In this document: positions 50,437-60,711 of the stretch, piece after piece | Position numbering within the stretch: position 1 is the first letter of the stretch | How the letters are laid out: every line of letters begins with the position of its first letter | DNA from: an uncultured Aliarcobacter sp. | GTDB taxonomy: Bacteria > Campylobacterota > Campylobacteria > Campylobacterales > Arcobacteraceae | Reading direction: 5' to 3' | Length of the DNA: 64,000 bases | Assembly: GCA_963664305.2 (NCBI GenBank) | Contig: CAXXLV010000002.1 | Coordinates: 608,001-672,000 of the forward strand | Program-made: the position numbers and the translations under genes | The notes under the pieces: model-generated | What the model saw: only the letters and a program-made list of their open reading frames with translations | Told to the model about the DNA's origin: nothing | Database searches by the model: none

Positions 50437-50847
50437 TTATTTACAATCTGATTTTGAGATAATTATTGTTGAAATTAACTCAGAATTTTTATCTTTATAT
50501 GTAAATGAATAATCAATACCTTTTGACAAATTATCTAAAAAGTTTTGTTTAGCACAAACACTATTTTTTAAAGATTCTTTTACACCTGGAATTATTTTTT
50601 CAACATCAACTTCTTCTTTAGTTATATTTACTAAAGTATAATAACTTTCAATTTTTTTATCTACAAATTGAACTAAATCAAATCTAGTTTCATCATCTAC
50701 CATTTTTGGAAGAGTTTTGCTCGTTTGTAAAATTTCTGTTTTAATTTTCTCCAAAGGGTCATTTAAAAACTTAGGTATAAAATATATTGCACCTACAACA
50801 ACCAAAGCTAAAATTCCATATACAATAACACTCTTATTTTTTGACAT
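50437..50847 (-). CDS. Membrane-anchored hypothetical protein
   Basis: N-terminal TM helix, LPKMVDDETR motif, two Cys. Confidence 0.75.
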   Translation of the reverse strand: MSKNKSVIVYGILALVVVGAIYFIPKFLNDPLEKIKTEILQTSKTLPKMVDDETRFDLVQFVDKKIESYYTLVNITKEEVDVEKIIPGVKESLKNSVCAKQNFLDNLSKGIDYSFTYKDKNSELISTIIISKSDCK

Positions 50848-50903
50848 TTACAAAAATTCCTTAATATTTTAAATTAGAAGCGTATTATATCCTTTTAAAT
50901 TAA

Positions 50904-51881
50904 TTACTCCATAATACAAATCTCTTTTTTCATCATATGTTTAATAGTTTGAATTGCAACTAATAAAACAATGATTGTTGTAATAATTACTAAAGTATAT
51001 GCAAATATTTCATAGATTTTATTATTTGTTAATTCATACATTAAAATAGTACTTAAAGTAACTGCTGCCATAGGAAAAGTAAACGCCCACCAAGAGATAA
51101 AAAACTTTATTTTTACAAAGTTTTTATACATTACAAAAACTAAAATTGTAAAAAATAGTCCAAGATTAAATAAAATCTGAGCAAAAAAATCTAAATTTCC
51201 AGTTAGTTTTATATAAGAAATAAATCCAATTGCTGGAGGTGCAATTAAAATAAAAAGTGTTGGCATAAATTTTGGAGCAAATTGATTGTGAAAAATAATT
51301 CTATTTAAAATTATTGAAAATAAAATTATCCAAAAGAAAATTCCAATTGAAAAATAAAAATATAATATTGAATCATCTACAAAACCTTTTCCCGCAATTG
51401 GAACTATCAAATTTCCAACAATTGGAATAAACCAAGCAGGATTTGAGTGTTGCATTTCAAGATTATTATTTATCCAAAATCTAATCGTATAATAGGTAAA
51501 AAATATATGAAAAAATGCTCCAAAAACAAAAAATATTTCAGATACTTCTAGATTATAATGTCTATAATCAATTGATAAAATCAACATTGAGATAGAAAAA
51601 GCTGCAAAAAAGTTTATTCTTATTGGATGAGAAAACTCTTTTTTTACTTCATTTTTAAATTTCACAAGTTTTAAAATATAAAAAATCAAAACTAAAAAGA
51701 ATAAAGATGTAGAAACAACCAACATTAAAGAAGCGAAATAAATAGGAAAAGAAAAAACACTAGTTAATCTTTCATATACTAAAGTTAAACCACCTAAACC
51801 CATAATTGTTGCAAACATCATTATAGGGAAAAATTGTAATCTGTTTGAAGGAATCGATTTTATGCTCTCTTGTACTTGCAT
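50904..51881 (-). CDS. SLAC1/TehA (TDT) anion channel
   Basis: HPIRINFF, PAWFIP, PTLFILIAPP and SWWAFTFP motifs. Confidence 0.93.
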   Translation of the reverse strand: MQVQESIKSIPSNRLQFFPIMMFATIMGLGGLTLVYERLTSVFSFPIYFASLMLVVSTSLFFLVLIFYILKLVKFKNEVKKEFSHPIRINFFAAFSISMLILSIDYRHYNLEVSEIFFVFGAFFHIFFTYYTIRFWINNNLEMQHSNPAWFIPIVGNLIVPIAGKGFVDDSILYFYFSIGIFFWIILFSIILNRIIFHNQFAPKFMPTLFILIAPPAIGFISYIKLTGNLDFFAQILFNLGLFFTILVFVMYKNFVKIKFFISWWAFTFPMAAVTLSTILMYELTNNKIYEIFAYTLVIITTIIVLLVAIQTIKHMMKKEICIME

Positions 51882-51937
51882 TATAAATCCTATTAAGAAT
51901 AATTTATTATAATTAGAAAAAATAAAAAAGGTTTATT

Positions 51938-52153
51938 TTGGCAAAAAGTAAAAAGTCAATAATTGATTTAAGTAAAGAAAATCTATCTTTTGAAGAGAGA
52001 AATCAAACTATAAAACTACTAAACTTTAAAACTGAAACAATGAGTTTAGATATTGCAATTTTTGAAAAAGAAAAATTTATCAAAAATAGTACAATGGTCT
52101 TTGCTCATCTACCAAAAAAACTAAAGGCTAAGCTAAATCCAACAGGAAAATAG
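51938..52153 (+). CDS. Small hypothetical protein
   Basis: 71-aa ORF with TTG start after AAGG; FAHLPK motif. Confidence 0.65.
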   Translation: MAKSKKSIIDLSKENLSFEERNQTIKLLNFKTETMSLDIAIFEKEKFIKNSTMVFAHLPKKLKAKLNPTGK

Positions 52154-52238
52154 TTAGTTTTTCTAATAATTAATTCATAATTATAACTTATAAAAATTAA
52201 AGTTTGTTTTATTTTATATAAGTAAATATTATAATACT

Positions 52239-53510
52239 TTATAAAATTAAATATTTTTTAATTTTATTAAAATTGTTTCTAAGCATCGTATGTAGATATG
52301 TTCCAAAAATATTATTGTTTTTAAAAGCAGCATAAGTTCCATCATTACTATTCTTTTTATAAAGTTTATACTCCCCTATTTTATCTTCATCGACTAATCT
52401 TGTATAATGAAAAGCATGACCTGTTATTCCTAAATCATTTTCATAATATCCCATTCGATAAAATCTTTTTCCTAAAGTAAAATCCAAATCCAATAAACCC
52501 ATCATCTTTTTATCATCAACTTTGTTTGATAAAAATAGTAAACCAGCACATTCACCATAAACTGCTTTATTTTGTTTTGCATGATTTAATAAAGAATTTT
52601 TAAAATCATTTGAGTTTTCAATTTTTTCATAAGCTTTTTGAGTTTCGATGTAACCTCCAACAATAAATACTACATCTGCATCTTCTGGTATTTTTTCATT
52701 ATTAATAGCATTTACAAGTGTAACTTTTGAAAAATGTTCTTTTAAAAACTCTAAATTATCATGATATAAAAAAGAGAAATTATCATCATTTACTAAAGCA
52801 ATGTGTTTATCATAAATTTTTACTTCTTCAAATGGATAATTTTCAACTTTTTGTTGTTCAAAATTTGAAATAAGTTCAAGTTTTTCTAAATCGATATGTT
52901 TTAAAACCTCTTTTGAAATAAGTTCAAGTTTTTGCGTGTCATTATCTTTTAAATCAAGTCCAAGATGAGTAGAGTCTAAAGTATCAAGTCTATTTTGAAT
53001 CCAACCTAAAACCTCAATATCATCAAAATCTTTTTCTATTTGATTTTTGATTAGTTCATAATGCCCATTTGATGAAACATGATTGAAAATCACACCTTTT
53101 ATAGTATTTCCTTCTCGATAAGTTTTAAGACCTTTTATAATAGCGCTTAATGTTATATATGAACCACTTGCATCTAAAACTATAACTGTAGGAATATTTA
53201 AAAGTTTTGTTACATCATAAGCAGAAGCATTTTTATCCATACCATCATAAAATCCCATTACTCCTTCAAGTATAGAGATATTTTTATCACTATATTTATC
53301 AAATATCCATTTTACTTGAGCTTCATTCATAATACAAGTATCAAGATTTATACTTGGAGTTTGACATATTTTTTGATGAAAAAGTGGGTCAATAAAATCA
53401 GGTCCAATTTTAAAGGGACGAACAGAGTTTTTGTAATGATACAAAAGAGCTGTTGTTAATGTAGTTTTTCCTTGATTTGATGCAATTGCACTTATACATA
53501 AAGCTTTGAT
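52239..53510 (-). CDS. cbiA: Cobyrinate a,c-diamide synthase (CbiA/CobB); start probably ATC 53510
   Basis: SNQGKTT P-loop upstream of the called ORF; FKIGPDFIDP, EGVMGFYDG and YGECAG glutaminase motifs. Confidence 0.88.
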   Translation of the reverse strand: MKALCISAIASNQGKTTLTTALLYHYKNSVRPFKIGPDFIDPLFHQKICQTPSINLDTCIMNEAQVKWIFDKYSDKNISILEGVMGFYDGMDKNASAYDVTKLLNIPTVIVLDASGSYITLSAIIKGLKTYREGNTIKGVIFNHVSSNGHYELIKNQIEKDFDDIEVLGWIQNRLDTLDSTHLGLDLKDNDTQKLELISKEVLKHIDLEKLELISNFEQQKVENYPFEEVKIYDKHIALVNDDNFSFLYHDNLEFLKEHFSKVTLVNAINNEKIPEDADVVFIVGGYIETQKAYEKIENSNDFKNSLLNHAKQNKAVYGECAGLLFLSNKVDDKKMMGLLDLDFTLGKRFYRMGYYENDLGITGHAFHYTRLVDEDKIGEYKLYKKNSNDGTYAAFKNNNIFGTYLHTMLRNNFNKIKKYLIL

Positions 53511-53601
53511 TTGAAATCCTTGTACTTTTTTAAAGAAATATTATCTAAATGTCACAAAAACTTGATAGAATTTCTATATAAATGAGTTAAAAAGGAAATA
53601 T

Positions 53602-54216
53602 TTGAACTGGTTAGCACATGTATTTTTATCAGAATTAAATGTTGATTTTCAAATGGGAAATTTTCTAGCAGACCCATTAAAAGGAAAAGTTTGGGAAAAT
53701 GCAACTCTTGAAATAAAAAAAGGTATGGAAACACATAAAATAATTGATTCATATACTGATTCTCACGAAATTACATCATTAAGTAAAAAAAGATTAAGAG
53801 AAAGAGGTTTATTAAAACCTGTAATTATTGACTTGACTTATGATTATCTTTTGACAAAAAACTGGGATAAGTTTTGTAATATCCCTTTAAAAATCTTTTC
53901 AAATAATTTTTACAATGAAGCTTACAAACGAACTCCATTTATGCCTTATGTTGCAAATATACCAATAGCAAATATGATAGAAAGAGATTTACTAAACAAA
54001 TATCACACTATGAATCAACTAAAAACCTCTTTTGATAGAATGGATAGAAGATTATCTCCTAGACTTTTACAAAGAGAAACCGCAAGTGGTTATTCAAATG
54101 CTGTAGTTGAAAATATTAACCATTTAGAAAAGGATTTTTTAGAGTTTTTTCCTGAACTTTGTAAAACTCTAAAAAGTAATTTGGATAAAGAAAAATTAAA
54201 ACACTGGAGATTATAG
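53602..54216 (+). CDS. acpH: ACP phosphodiesterase
   Basis: MN.LAH, GNFLAD..KG and H..ID.YTDSH motifs. Confidence 0.9.
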   Translation: MNWLAHVFLSELNVDFQMGNFLADPLKGKVWENATLEIKKGMETHKIIDSYTDSHEITSLSKKRLRERGLLKPVIIDLTYDYLLTKNWDKFCNIPLKIFSNNFYNEAYKRTPFMPYVANIPIANMIERDLLNKYHTMNQLKTSFDRMDRRLSPRLLQRETASGYSNAVVENINHLEKDFLEFFPELCKTLKSNLDKEKLKHWRL

Positions 54217-54708
54217 ATGAAAAAGTTATTTTTGATAAGACACGCAAAATCTTCTTGGGAAAATTTAAATCTTGATGATTTTGATAGACCTTTAAATAAA
54301 AGAGGTGAAAAAGATGCACCGTTTATGGCTCTTATATTAAAAGAAAAAAATATCATACCAGATTTGATAATCTCCTCTCCAGCTCTTCGAACAAAACTAA
54401 CAGCAGAAATAATCGCAGAAAAAATTGGCTTTATTGATAAGATAAGTTTTGATAAAACTATTTATGAAGCACCTTTATGTAATTTAAAAAAAGTTGTACA
54501 TAACATTGATGATTCTTTTAATACTATCTTTTTTGTTGGGCATAATCCTGGACTTTGTGATTTAGCAAATTTTTTATGTGATATAGATATAGAAAATATC
54601 CCTACATGTGCTATTTTAGAAATCGATTTTGATACAAAATCATGGAAAGATATATCAAAAGAAAATTCAACTTTAATCTCTTTTGAATCACCCAAAAAGT
54701 ATAAATAA
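54217..54708 (+). CDS. sixA: SixA-type histidine phosphatase
   Basis: RHAKS, DRPL and VGHNP motifs. Confidence 0.9.
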   Translation: MKKLFLIRHAKSSWENLNLDDFDRPLNKRGEKDAPFMALILKEKNIIPDLIISSPALRTKLTAEIIAEKIGFIDKISFDKTIYEAPLCNLKKVVHNIDDSFNTIFFVGHNPGLCDLANFLCDIDIENIPTCAILEIDFDTKSWKDISKENSTLISFESPKKYK

Positions 54709-54712
54709 GAAT

Positions 54713-55672
54713 TTATACTTTTTTACTTCTTCTAACTAATAAATATACAAAAAATGGCGCTCCTATAAAAGCTGTTACCACACCTATTGGAAGGCTTGAA
54801 TCTGTATTTAAATTACGTGAAAGTAAATCAGAAAATACTAAAAAAATACCTCCAAAGAAAAATACAGGGAAAAATAGTTTATCGGCACTTTGTTTATAAA
54901 CAAGTTTAATAATATGAGGAATAATAAGCCCTATAAAACCTATAGGTCCAACAAAACTAATACTTATACCAACACTTAAAGATACGACAATAAGTAATAA
55001 AATATTTATCTTATGTACATTTAGACCTTTTAAAAATGCTGTATCATTACAGATTAAAAGTAGTTTTATTTTTTCTTTATTAAAATGCACAACTGCATAA
55101 AATATAAAACTAACTATCATAACAACAATTCCACTTGTAAAACCAACTGTATCTAAACTTCCAAGTGTAAATCTAACTATTGAGTAGTTTTCTTGTAAAT
55201 TACTCATATAAAAAACAAGCATTAAAGCTGAACTATAAAAATATGATAAAGCTATTCCTATAAGTAAAATAGAGTTTGTTGAAACTGCTATCGCACTTTT
55301 ATTTATTTGTTTTGAAATAAAATATAAAATTAAAATCGTAATTATTGAGCCAAAAACAGATGAAACACTCATATAAAGAGCAGGAAAAAATACTATTGAA
55401 ATAGCTGTAAAAAGTGTCGTTCCACTTGCAATTCCTAAAGTATATGGAGTTATTAACTGATTTTTAAAAATGATTTGAAATATTAATCCCCCAAGAGCTA
55501 ATATTCCACCAACAAAAAAAGCTAAAACAACTCTAGAAACTCTTAAATCCCAAAATATTGTATATGTTGTTGAAGTTGGCTCAAAAATATCTTTTAGTGA
55601 TATTGATATTTCTCCTAAAAAAGGAGCAATACAAACTATGATAATACTGATTAAATATAAAAATATTTTCAT
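54713..55672 (-). CDS. btuC: FecCD/BtuC-family ABC permease
   Basis: PYTLGIASG, GPIGFIGLIIPH and PIGVVTAFIGAP motifs. Confidence 0.8.
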   Translation of the reverse strand: MKIFLYLISIIIVCIAPFLGEISISLKDIFEPTSTTYTIFWDLRVSRVVLAFFVGGILALGGLIFQIIFKNQLITPYTLGIASGTTLFTAISIVFFPALYMSVSSVFGSIITILILYFISKQINKSAIAVSTNSILLIGIALSYFYSSALMLVFYMSNLQENYSIVRFTLGSLDTVGFTSGIVVMIVSFIFYAVVHFNKEKIKLLLICNDTAFLKGLNVHKINILLLIVVSLSVGISISFVGPIGFIGLIIPHIIKLVYKQSADKLFFPVFFFGGIFLVFSDLLSRNLNTDSSLPIGVVTAFIGAPFFVYLLVRRSKKV

Positions 55673-56367
55673 AAATTTACCACCAAATGATTATCAAGTT
55701 TCATGATTGTATTATTATAAAATCTTTTTAAATTTTCATTTGAGAAGAACTCATCATGTTCTCCAAAAAATTCAATTATTCCATCATTTAAAAATAAAAC
55801 TTTATATTTTAAAGCATAAGCTAAATCAAGATTGTGAGTGATAATAATTTTTTGTTCTAGTAAATCAGAATTTAAAATATCAAAAACCTCTTTTAATCGA
55901 CTAATATCTAAATTTGCAGTTAATTCATCAAAAATTGTAATTTTTGCATTGTGCATTATTGCACTAGCCAATAATAAAAGTTGTTTTTCTCCTGAACTAA
56001 AAGACTTACAATGTTTATGTTCTAGTTTCTTTAGATTTAAAAGTTTTATTATTTCATCTATTTTTTGAATATTTACACTATCTATAAAAGATAATTCTAA
56101 AAATTCTCTTAGTGTCACATATTCATCAAAAATAGAGAGTTTTGGCGGAATATAATTGATATATAAAGCTCGTTTAAAATCACTAATTTTAGATAAATTT
56201 TCTCCAAAAAGTTCTACTTTATCATTTGTTATTAAATTTGACAGAACTTTTGCAAGGGTTGATTTTCCAGCTCCATTTTCACCAAGAATTATCAAATTTT
56301 CTTTCTCTTTTAATAAAAAAGAGATTTCATGTAAAATAGAACTATTGTAATTATTTATCTCTAACAT
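55669..56367 (-). CDS. btuD: ABC transporter ATPase (BtuD/FecE-like)
   Basis: GENGAGKS, FSSGEKQ and FDE motifs. Confidence 0.8.
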   Translation of the reverse strand: MLEINNYNSSILHEISFLLKEKENLIILGENGAGKSTLAKVLSNLITNDKVELFGENLSKISDFKRALYINYIPPKLSIFDEYVTLREFLELSFIDSVNIQKIDEIIKLLNLKKLEHKHCKSFSSGEKQLLLLASAIMHNAKITIFDELTANLDISRLKEVFDILNSDLLEQKIIITHNLDLAYALKYKVLFLNDGIIEFFGEHDEFFSNENLKRFYNNTIMKLDNHLVVNL

Positions 56368-57175
56368 TTTCTAATATCTTTTTAAAATCTTTTATAAAAA
56401 ACTCTACTCTTTGGCTAGGAATTCCAGCGTATAGTTTATCAACAGCATAAATGTTATCATTTTTTGAAGCATTTATAGGTAGTTGTTTCCAAGCATTTAT
56501 TATCTCTTTTTGTTCTTCAATTTTTCCATCTAAAAATGGAGCTAAAAGAACTATAACATCTGGATTCATGTTTATAATCTTTTCAGTATTTACAACAGGT
56601 TGTGCAGGATTTTCTGAATTATAAGCATTTTGATTTCCACTTGCTTTGATAATATCTTCAAAATATAAAAAATTTCCAGTTACATAAATCTGATTTGATA
56701 ATGATTTTTTTGGACTAATTACAACTAATATCTTTTTATTTTCAATAATTGAATTCAAAGAAGACAAAGCATTATCAATATTTGATACTAATTCCTTTGC
56801 TCTTTCCGTTTTGTTGAAAAAACTACCTAAATCAAGGATAGTATTTTTTATTGATGAGATTGTATTTGTTTTATAAATCAAAGTTTTTATACCCAAAGCT
56901 TTTAAATTTGAGTTTAATTTTTCATCATAATCTTGTCCAATTACAACTGTTGGTTTTAATTCAAGCACTTTTTCCAAAGAGATATTGTTATAACCTCCAA
57001 TTTTTGGAAGATTTTTTGATTCTTCTGGAAAATCACAATGTTTAGTATTTGCTACAACATTTTCACCAATACCTAAAGCAAATACAATCTCATTTATAGA
57101 AGGTGAGAGAGTAACTATTCTCTCACTTCCTAATAAATTTACACAAAAAATAAGTATAAATAAAAAAAATTTCAT
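56351..57175 (-). CDS. btuF: Periplasmic binding protein (BtuF-like)
   Basis: RIVTLSPS..EIVFALG and CDFP motifs. Confidence 0.8.
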   Translation of the reverse strand: MKFFLFILIFCVNLLGSERIVTLSPSINEIVFALGIGENVVANTKHCDFPEESKNLPKIGGYNNISLEKVLELKPTVVIGQDYDEKLNSNLKALGIKTLIYKTNTISSIKNTILDLGSFFNKTERAKELVSNIDNALSSLNSIIENKKILVVISPKKSLSNQIYVTGNFLYFEDIIKASGNQNAYNSENPAQPVVNTEKIINMNPDVIVLLAPFLDGKIEEQKEIINAWKQLPINASKNDNIYAVDKLYAGIPSQRVEFFIKDFKKILENVRDK

Positions 57176-57176
57176 A

Positions 57177-59078
57177 TTAGAAACTAGCCTTTAATCCTAT
57201 ATAAGCACTTCTTTCAGCAGTTGCATAACCATCAATTGTTTGATAGTATTTATCAAAGATATTATCAACTTTTAAATATGCTTTGTAAGTTTTGTTTATA
57301 TCATAATTTATCACAGAATTCCAAATTGTATATTCTCCTGTTTTAACACCTGATTTGTCATCACTAGCATACATTGCACTCGTATATTGACCATTTATAT
57401 TAAAGTGAAAATCTTTAATTCCGTAATAATCAACACCATATCTTAATTGTTTTTTTGGACTTCTTCTTAAATCCTGATTATCATCATTTTCAGCTTTAAG
57501 ATGAGTATAACTTACATTTGCAATAGTATCATCTAAAAGTTCATGTTTATATGATGCTTCGTAACCTTTTAGTGCAGTTTCTCCATTTAGATTTTCATAT
57601 TTTTTAGTTGTTGAATTATAATCTATCATATCATTTATTTTATTATTAAAATATGTTAATCCTAAACCTTTATATTCTAAATTAACATCAAATGATTTTG
57701 TTTTTTCTGGATTAATATTTTCACTTCCATATTCTGAATATAAATTATATAAAGTTGGAACATTGTATGCTGTACCATAGTTAGAAGAAACATTAAAATC
57801 ATCAGTAATAAAATGTTTAAGTCCAACTTTTCCTGTTGTTTTATCTTCAAATTTATTATAGTAATCAGCTCTTAAAGACTGAGTAAAAATTGTATTATCA
57901 AAAAATTTATTGCTATTTGTTACAAATAATGCTTTATTGTTATACTCTTTATTTATATCACTTTTATATTCTGATAATTTATAATCTCCTCCAACAATTA
58001 AAGAAGAAGTATCATTTAAATAAGGAATTGTTGATTTAACACCAAATTCGTCTAATGTACCATCAAATTCATTTTTTGTAGAAAGAGTCTTTCCATTATT
58101 TACTCCACCTGTATATGATTGAATATAGTTATATTCTCTATCAAAAACTGATCTATTTGCATAAACATCTATTTGATTAAAACTATTTACATGATTAAAA
58201 TTTACAGAAGAAAAAGTATCTTGTGTTTTTGAATAGTATGAGTCATTATCTGCTTTTTGTGTTGCTGTATCTGTACAAGAATAATATCCTCCAAATGATG
58301 TTTTCCAAGTACTATTTCCACAGCCATCATATTCATTTCTTGCATTGATTAAAGTATGTGATAAATCTATTTTATTTGAATCATCAAATTCATATCCAAA
58401 TTTTACATTCGCAGTAATATTTTCATAGCCATCATCTTCTAAATATTCATTTTTTATTCCCTTTGGTGCTTGAGCAGTAAATCCATTCGTATCTAAAGTA
58501 CTAACTGAACCTTTTAAATAATATTTTTTTTCTTTATAAGATAATTCTGTATTTAATTTTTTCGTATCATAAGAACCATATTCTGCGTTTACACTTCCAT
58601 GAAACCCATTTTCAGCATTTTTAGTAATAATATTAATAACACCTGCACTAGCATCTGCTCCCCATACTCCACTTTGAGCACCTTTTACTACTTCTATTCT
58701 TTCAATGTTACTTATCATTAAATGTTCAAAAGGAGCACCACTTGTTCCTGTTACATCATTAACTCTTATTCCATCAATTAAAACTAATACTCTTTTTGTA
58801 TCAAATCCTCTTAGTTTTACAGAACTTGCTGTCCCTAATCCACCATTATTAATAATATTCATTCCAGCAAGGGTATTTAAAGCCTCTGTAACAGAAGTAA
58901 AATGTCTTTCTTCTATCTCTTCTTTTGTAATAACTTCAACATTTGAAGTAACATCTTTGATTGATTGTTCTGATTTTGTAGCACTTGTAACTGTGATTGT
59001 TTCTAAGTTTTGAGCTGAAAAAAGGTTTGTTGCTAAAAGAAAGCTTGCAACTAAGCTAATAGATAAATTTTTTTGCAT
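57177..59078 (-). CDS. btuB: TonB-dependent receptor (BtuB-like)
   Basis: TonB box ETITVTS, plug domain IERIEVVKG, C-terminal Phe; adjacent to btuFDC and near cbiA. Confidence 0.8.
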   Translation of the reverse strand: MQKNLSISLVASFLLATNLFSAQNLETITVTSATKSEQSIKDVTSNVEVITKEEIEERHFTSVTEALNTLAGMNIINNGGLGTASSVKLRGFDTKRVLVLIDGIRVNDVTGTSGAPFEHLMISNIERIEVVKGAQSGVWGADASAGVINIITKNAENGFHGSVNAEYGSYDTKKLNTELSYKEKKYYLKGSVSTLDTNGFTAQAPKGIKNEYLEDDGYENITANVKFGYEFDDSNKIDLSHTLINARNEYDGCGNSTWKTSFGGYYSCTDTATQKADNDSYYSKTQDTFSSVNFNHVNSFNQIDVYANRSVFDREYNYIQSYTGGVNNGKTLSTKNEFDGTLDEFGVKSTIPYLNDTSSLIVGGDYKLSEYKSDINKEYNNKALFVTNSNKFFDNTIFTQSLRADYYNKFEDKTTGKVGLKHFITDDFNVSSNYGTAYNVPTLYNLYSEYGSENINPEKTKSFDVNLEYKGLGLTYFNNKINDMIDYNSTTKKYENLNGETALKGYEASYKHELLDDTIANVSYTHLKAENDDNQDLRRSPKKQLRYGVDYYGIKDFHFNINGQYTSAMYASDDKSGVKTGEYTIWNSVINYDINKTYKAYLKVDNIFDKYYQTIDGYATAERSAYIGLKASF

Positions 59079-59101
59079 TTTTTATTTTCCTAAATTTTTA
59101 T

Positions 59102-59281
59102 TTATATGTTATTTGTTGAATATAATTTCATTGGTTTTAATTGTTTATGTAACAAGATTTTAGTAATTTCTGGCACTTTTGATAAAACAGAATGAATCAT
59201 ACAATTAAGAGATTCTAATTTTCTATTTACAGTTGCAGCTAAAATACCAAAAAAACTGAAGTATTTTTTCTTTTTAACCAT
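59102..59281 (-). CDS. Unannotated 59-aa basic leader ORF upstream of btuB
   Basis: AAGGAGG SD, ATG 59281, MVKKKKYFSFFGILAATVNRKLESLNCMIHSVLSKVPEITKILLHKQLKPMKLYSTNNI, TAA 59104-59102. Confidence 0.6.
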   Translation of the reverse strand: MVKKKKYFSFFGILAATVNRKLESLNCMIHSVLSKVPEITKILLHKQLKPMKLYSTNNI

Positions 59282-59317
59282 TTTGTCCTCCTTTATAAAA
59301 TTTAATTATTGATTGTT

Positions 59318-60028
59318 TTAAATATGACAATTTAGAATAGATTTTGTTGGATCAGTTAAATATTCATAACCAATATATCCTATATATATTCCAAATGCAA
59401 TTACTAAAATTGAAGCTAGTTTGATAAACAAATCTCTTAAATTTGATTGTTTGAAAAGTCCAATAAAAAATCCAAGAGAAAAAAGTGCAGGTATTGTACT
59501 AAGTCCAAAAATAAACATAACAAAAGCACCCCAAAATGCACTTCCTGTACTAGCTGCTGTTATTGCAAAAACATACACAAAACCACATGGAAGTAGTCCA
59601 TTTAACATACCTAAAAGATAAAAACTAAATAGAGAATCTGAACCTAAAAGTGATTTAAATGTTTTTTGATAAAGGCTTGATTTTGAGCAACTATGTTCAA
59701 GTATTGTTAAAAATTTGATTTTCCCAAGAAGTGAAAGTCCAACTAAAACCATCATAAAACCAGTTATTAGTAAAAATATTCCACTTGTAAGATTATCAAA
59801 AGTTACAACTCCACCAACAAGACCAAATAAAGCTCCCAATATCATATAAGTTGTAATTCTTCCAAAAGAGTATAATAAATGAGCAATTGCTTGAATTTGT
59901 TTTGACCATTCAGCTTTTATTTTTGTACTTGAATATGCGATTACAATCCCTCCACACATTCCAACACAGTGACCAAATGAACCTAAAAAAGCTATTGAGA
60001 TAATAGTTAAAATACTTATCGTTTCCAT
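59318..60028 (-). CDS. TauE/SafE-like (DsbD_2) membrane protein
   Basis: GHCVGMCG and NGLLPCGFVY motifs. Confidence 0.88.
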   Translation of the reverse strand: METISILTIISIAFLGSFGHCVGMCGGIVIAYSSTKIKAEWSKQIQAIAHLLYSFGRITTYMILGALFGLVGGVVTFDNLTSGIFLLITGFMMVLVGLSLLGKIKFLTILEHSCSKSSLYQKTFKSLLGSDSLFSFYLLGMLNGLLPCGFVYVFAITAASTGSAFWGAFVMFIFGLSTIPALFSLGFFIGLFKQSNLRDLFIKLASILVIAFGIYIGYIGYEYLTDPTKSILNCHI

Positions 60029-60531
60029 TATTTACCTAATAACTCTTTTCTATAAACTGGATTTGCCATAGTTTCACCTCGAAGCATTTTTAAGTCCATC
60101 TCTTCAAAAGTAATAAATCCATCTTGTTTATTTTCATATGCACCAAATCCGTATCTCATAGGCGTAGAATCTGTTTTACTATACCAAGCAGTTCTTCCAT
60201 CAATATATTTTTGTGTATCAATAGTTCTAACCCAAATTTTTGCATCATCTTTAAAAGATTTATCTCTTAGCCAATTTGCCATTCCACCATGGTCATGGAA
60301 AAACCAAGTTTTACCATCTGGGGCAACAACTTGAGAAACATAATCCATTTTGTCTATTATCATTCCACAATCACTATCTTGATATTTTCCTAAAACTATA
60401 TCAAGTGGCATGTGAGTAGTATTACCCTCTTTTAAAACAACCATTTGTTTGCTATTTGACATTGATAAAAATATTGTAACAATTATTGCTATTATTAAAA
60501 TTATTGTAAAAAAAGGTAAGATTTTTTTCAT
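60028..60531 (-). CDS. NosL-like membrane-anchored protein
   Basis: DSDCGMII, FFHDHGGM and TPMRYGFGAY motifs; ATG 60531 after GGAG. Confidence 0.7.
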   Translation of the reverse strand: MKKILPFFTIILIIAIIVTIFLSMSNSKQMVVLKEGNTTHMPLDIVLGKYQDSDCGMIIDKMDYVSQVVAPDGKTWFFHDHGGMANWLRDKSFKDDAKIWVRTIDTQKYIDGRTAWYSKTDSTPMRYGFGAYENKQDGFITFEEMDLKMLRGETMANPVYRKELLGK

Positions 60532-60595
60532 AGAAACTCCCAAAATTTAGCGGTATTATATTCACTTGTATATAAATTTTAGATTATTAAGGCAT

Positions 60596-60642
60596 AAAAA
60601 AAGGCTTTACAGAGGGAAAAACTGTAAAGCCTGTATTCAAAT
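60596..60642 (-). terminator. Intrinsic terminator
   Basis: AGGCTTTACAG-loop-CTGTAAAGCC followed by a 7-T run on the minus strand. Confidence 0.9.
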
Positions 60643-60711
60643 TTACTTCAGAGTATAGGATACAAAATCATATGTATTTAGTAGTAGGAGGATTTAATAC
60701 AAATATCCTAT
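60596..60711 (-). ncRNA. Candidate small regulatory RNA with anti-SD loop
   Basis: Extended -10 TGnTACTAT (60726-60718), a 5' stem-loop with an AAUCCUCCUACU loop, and an intrinsic terminator. Confidence 0.7.

Noticed and set aside
59160..59290. Canonical cobalamin riboswitch call
   Set aside because: Only part of the consensus is present, so it is reported as a finding and not as a feature.
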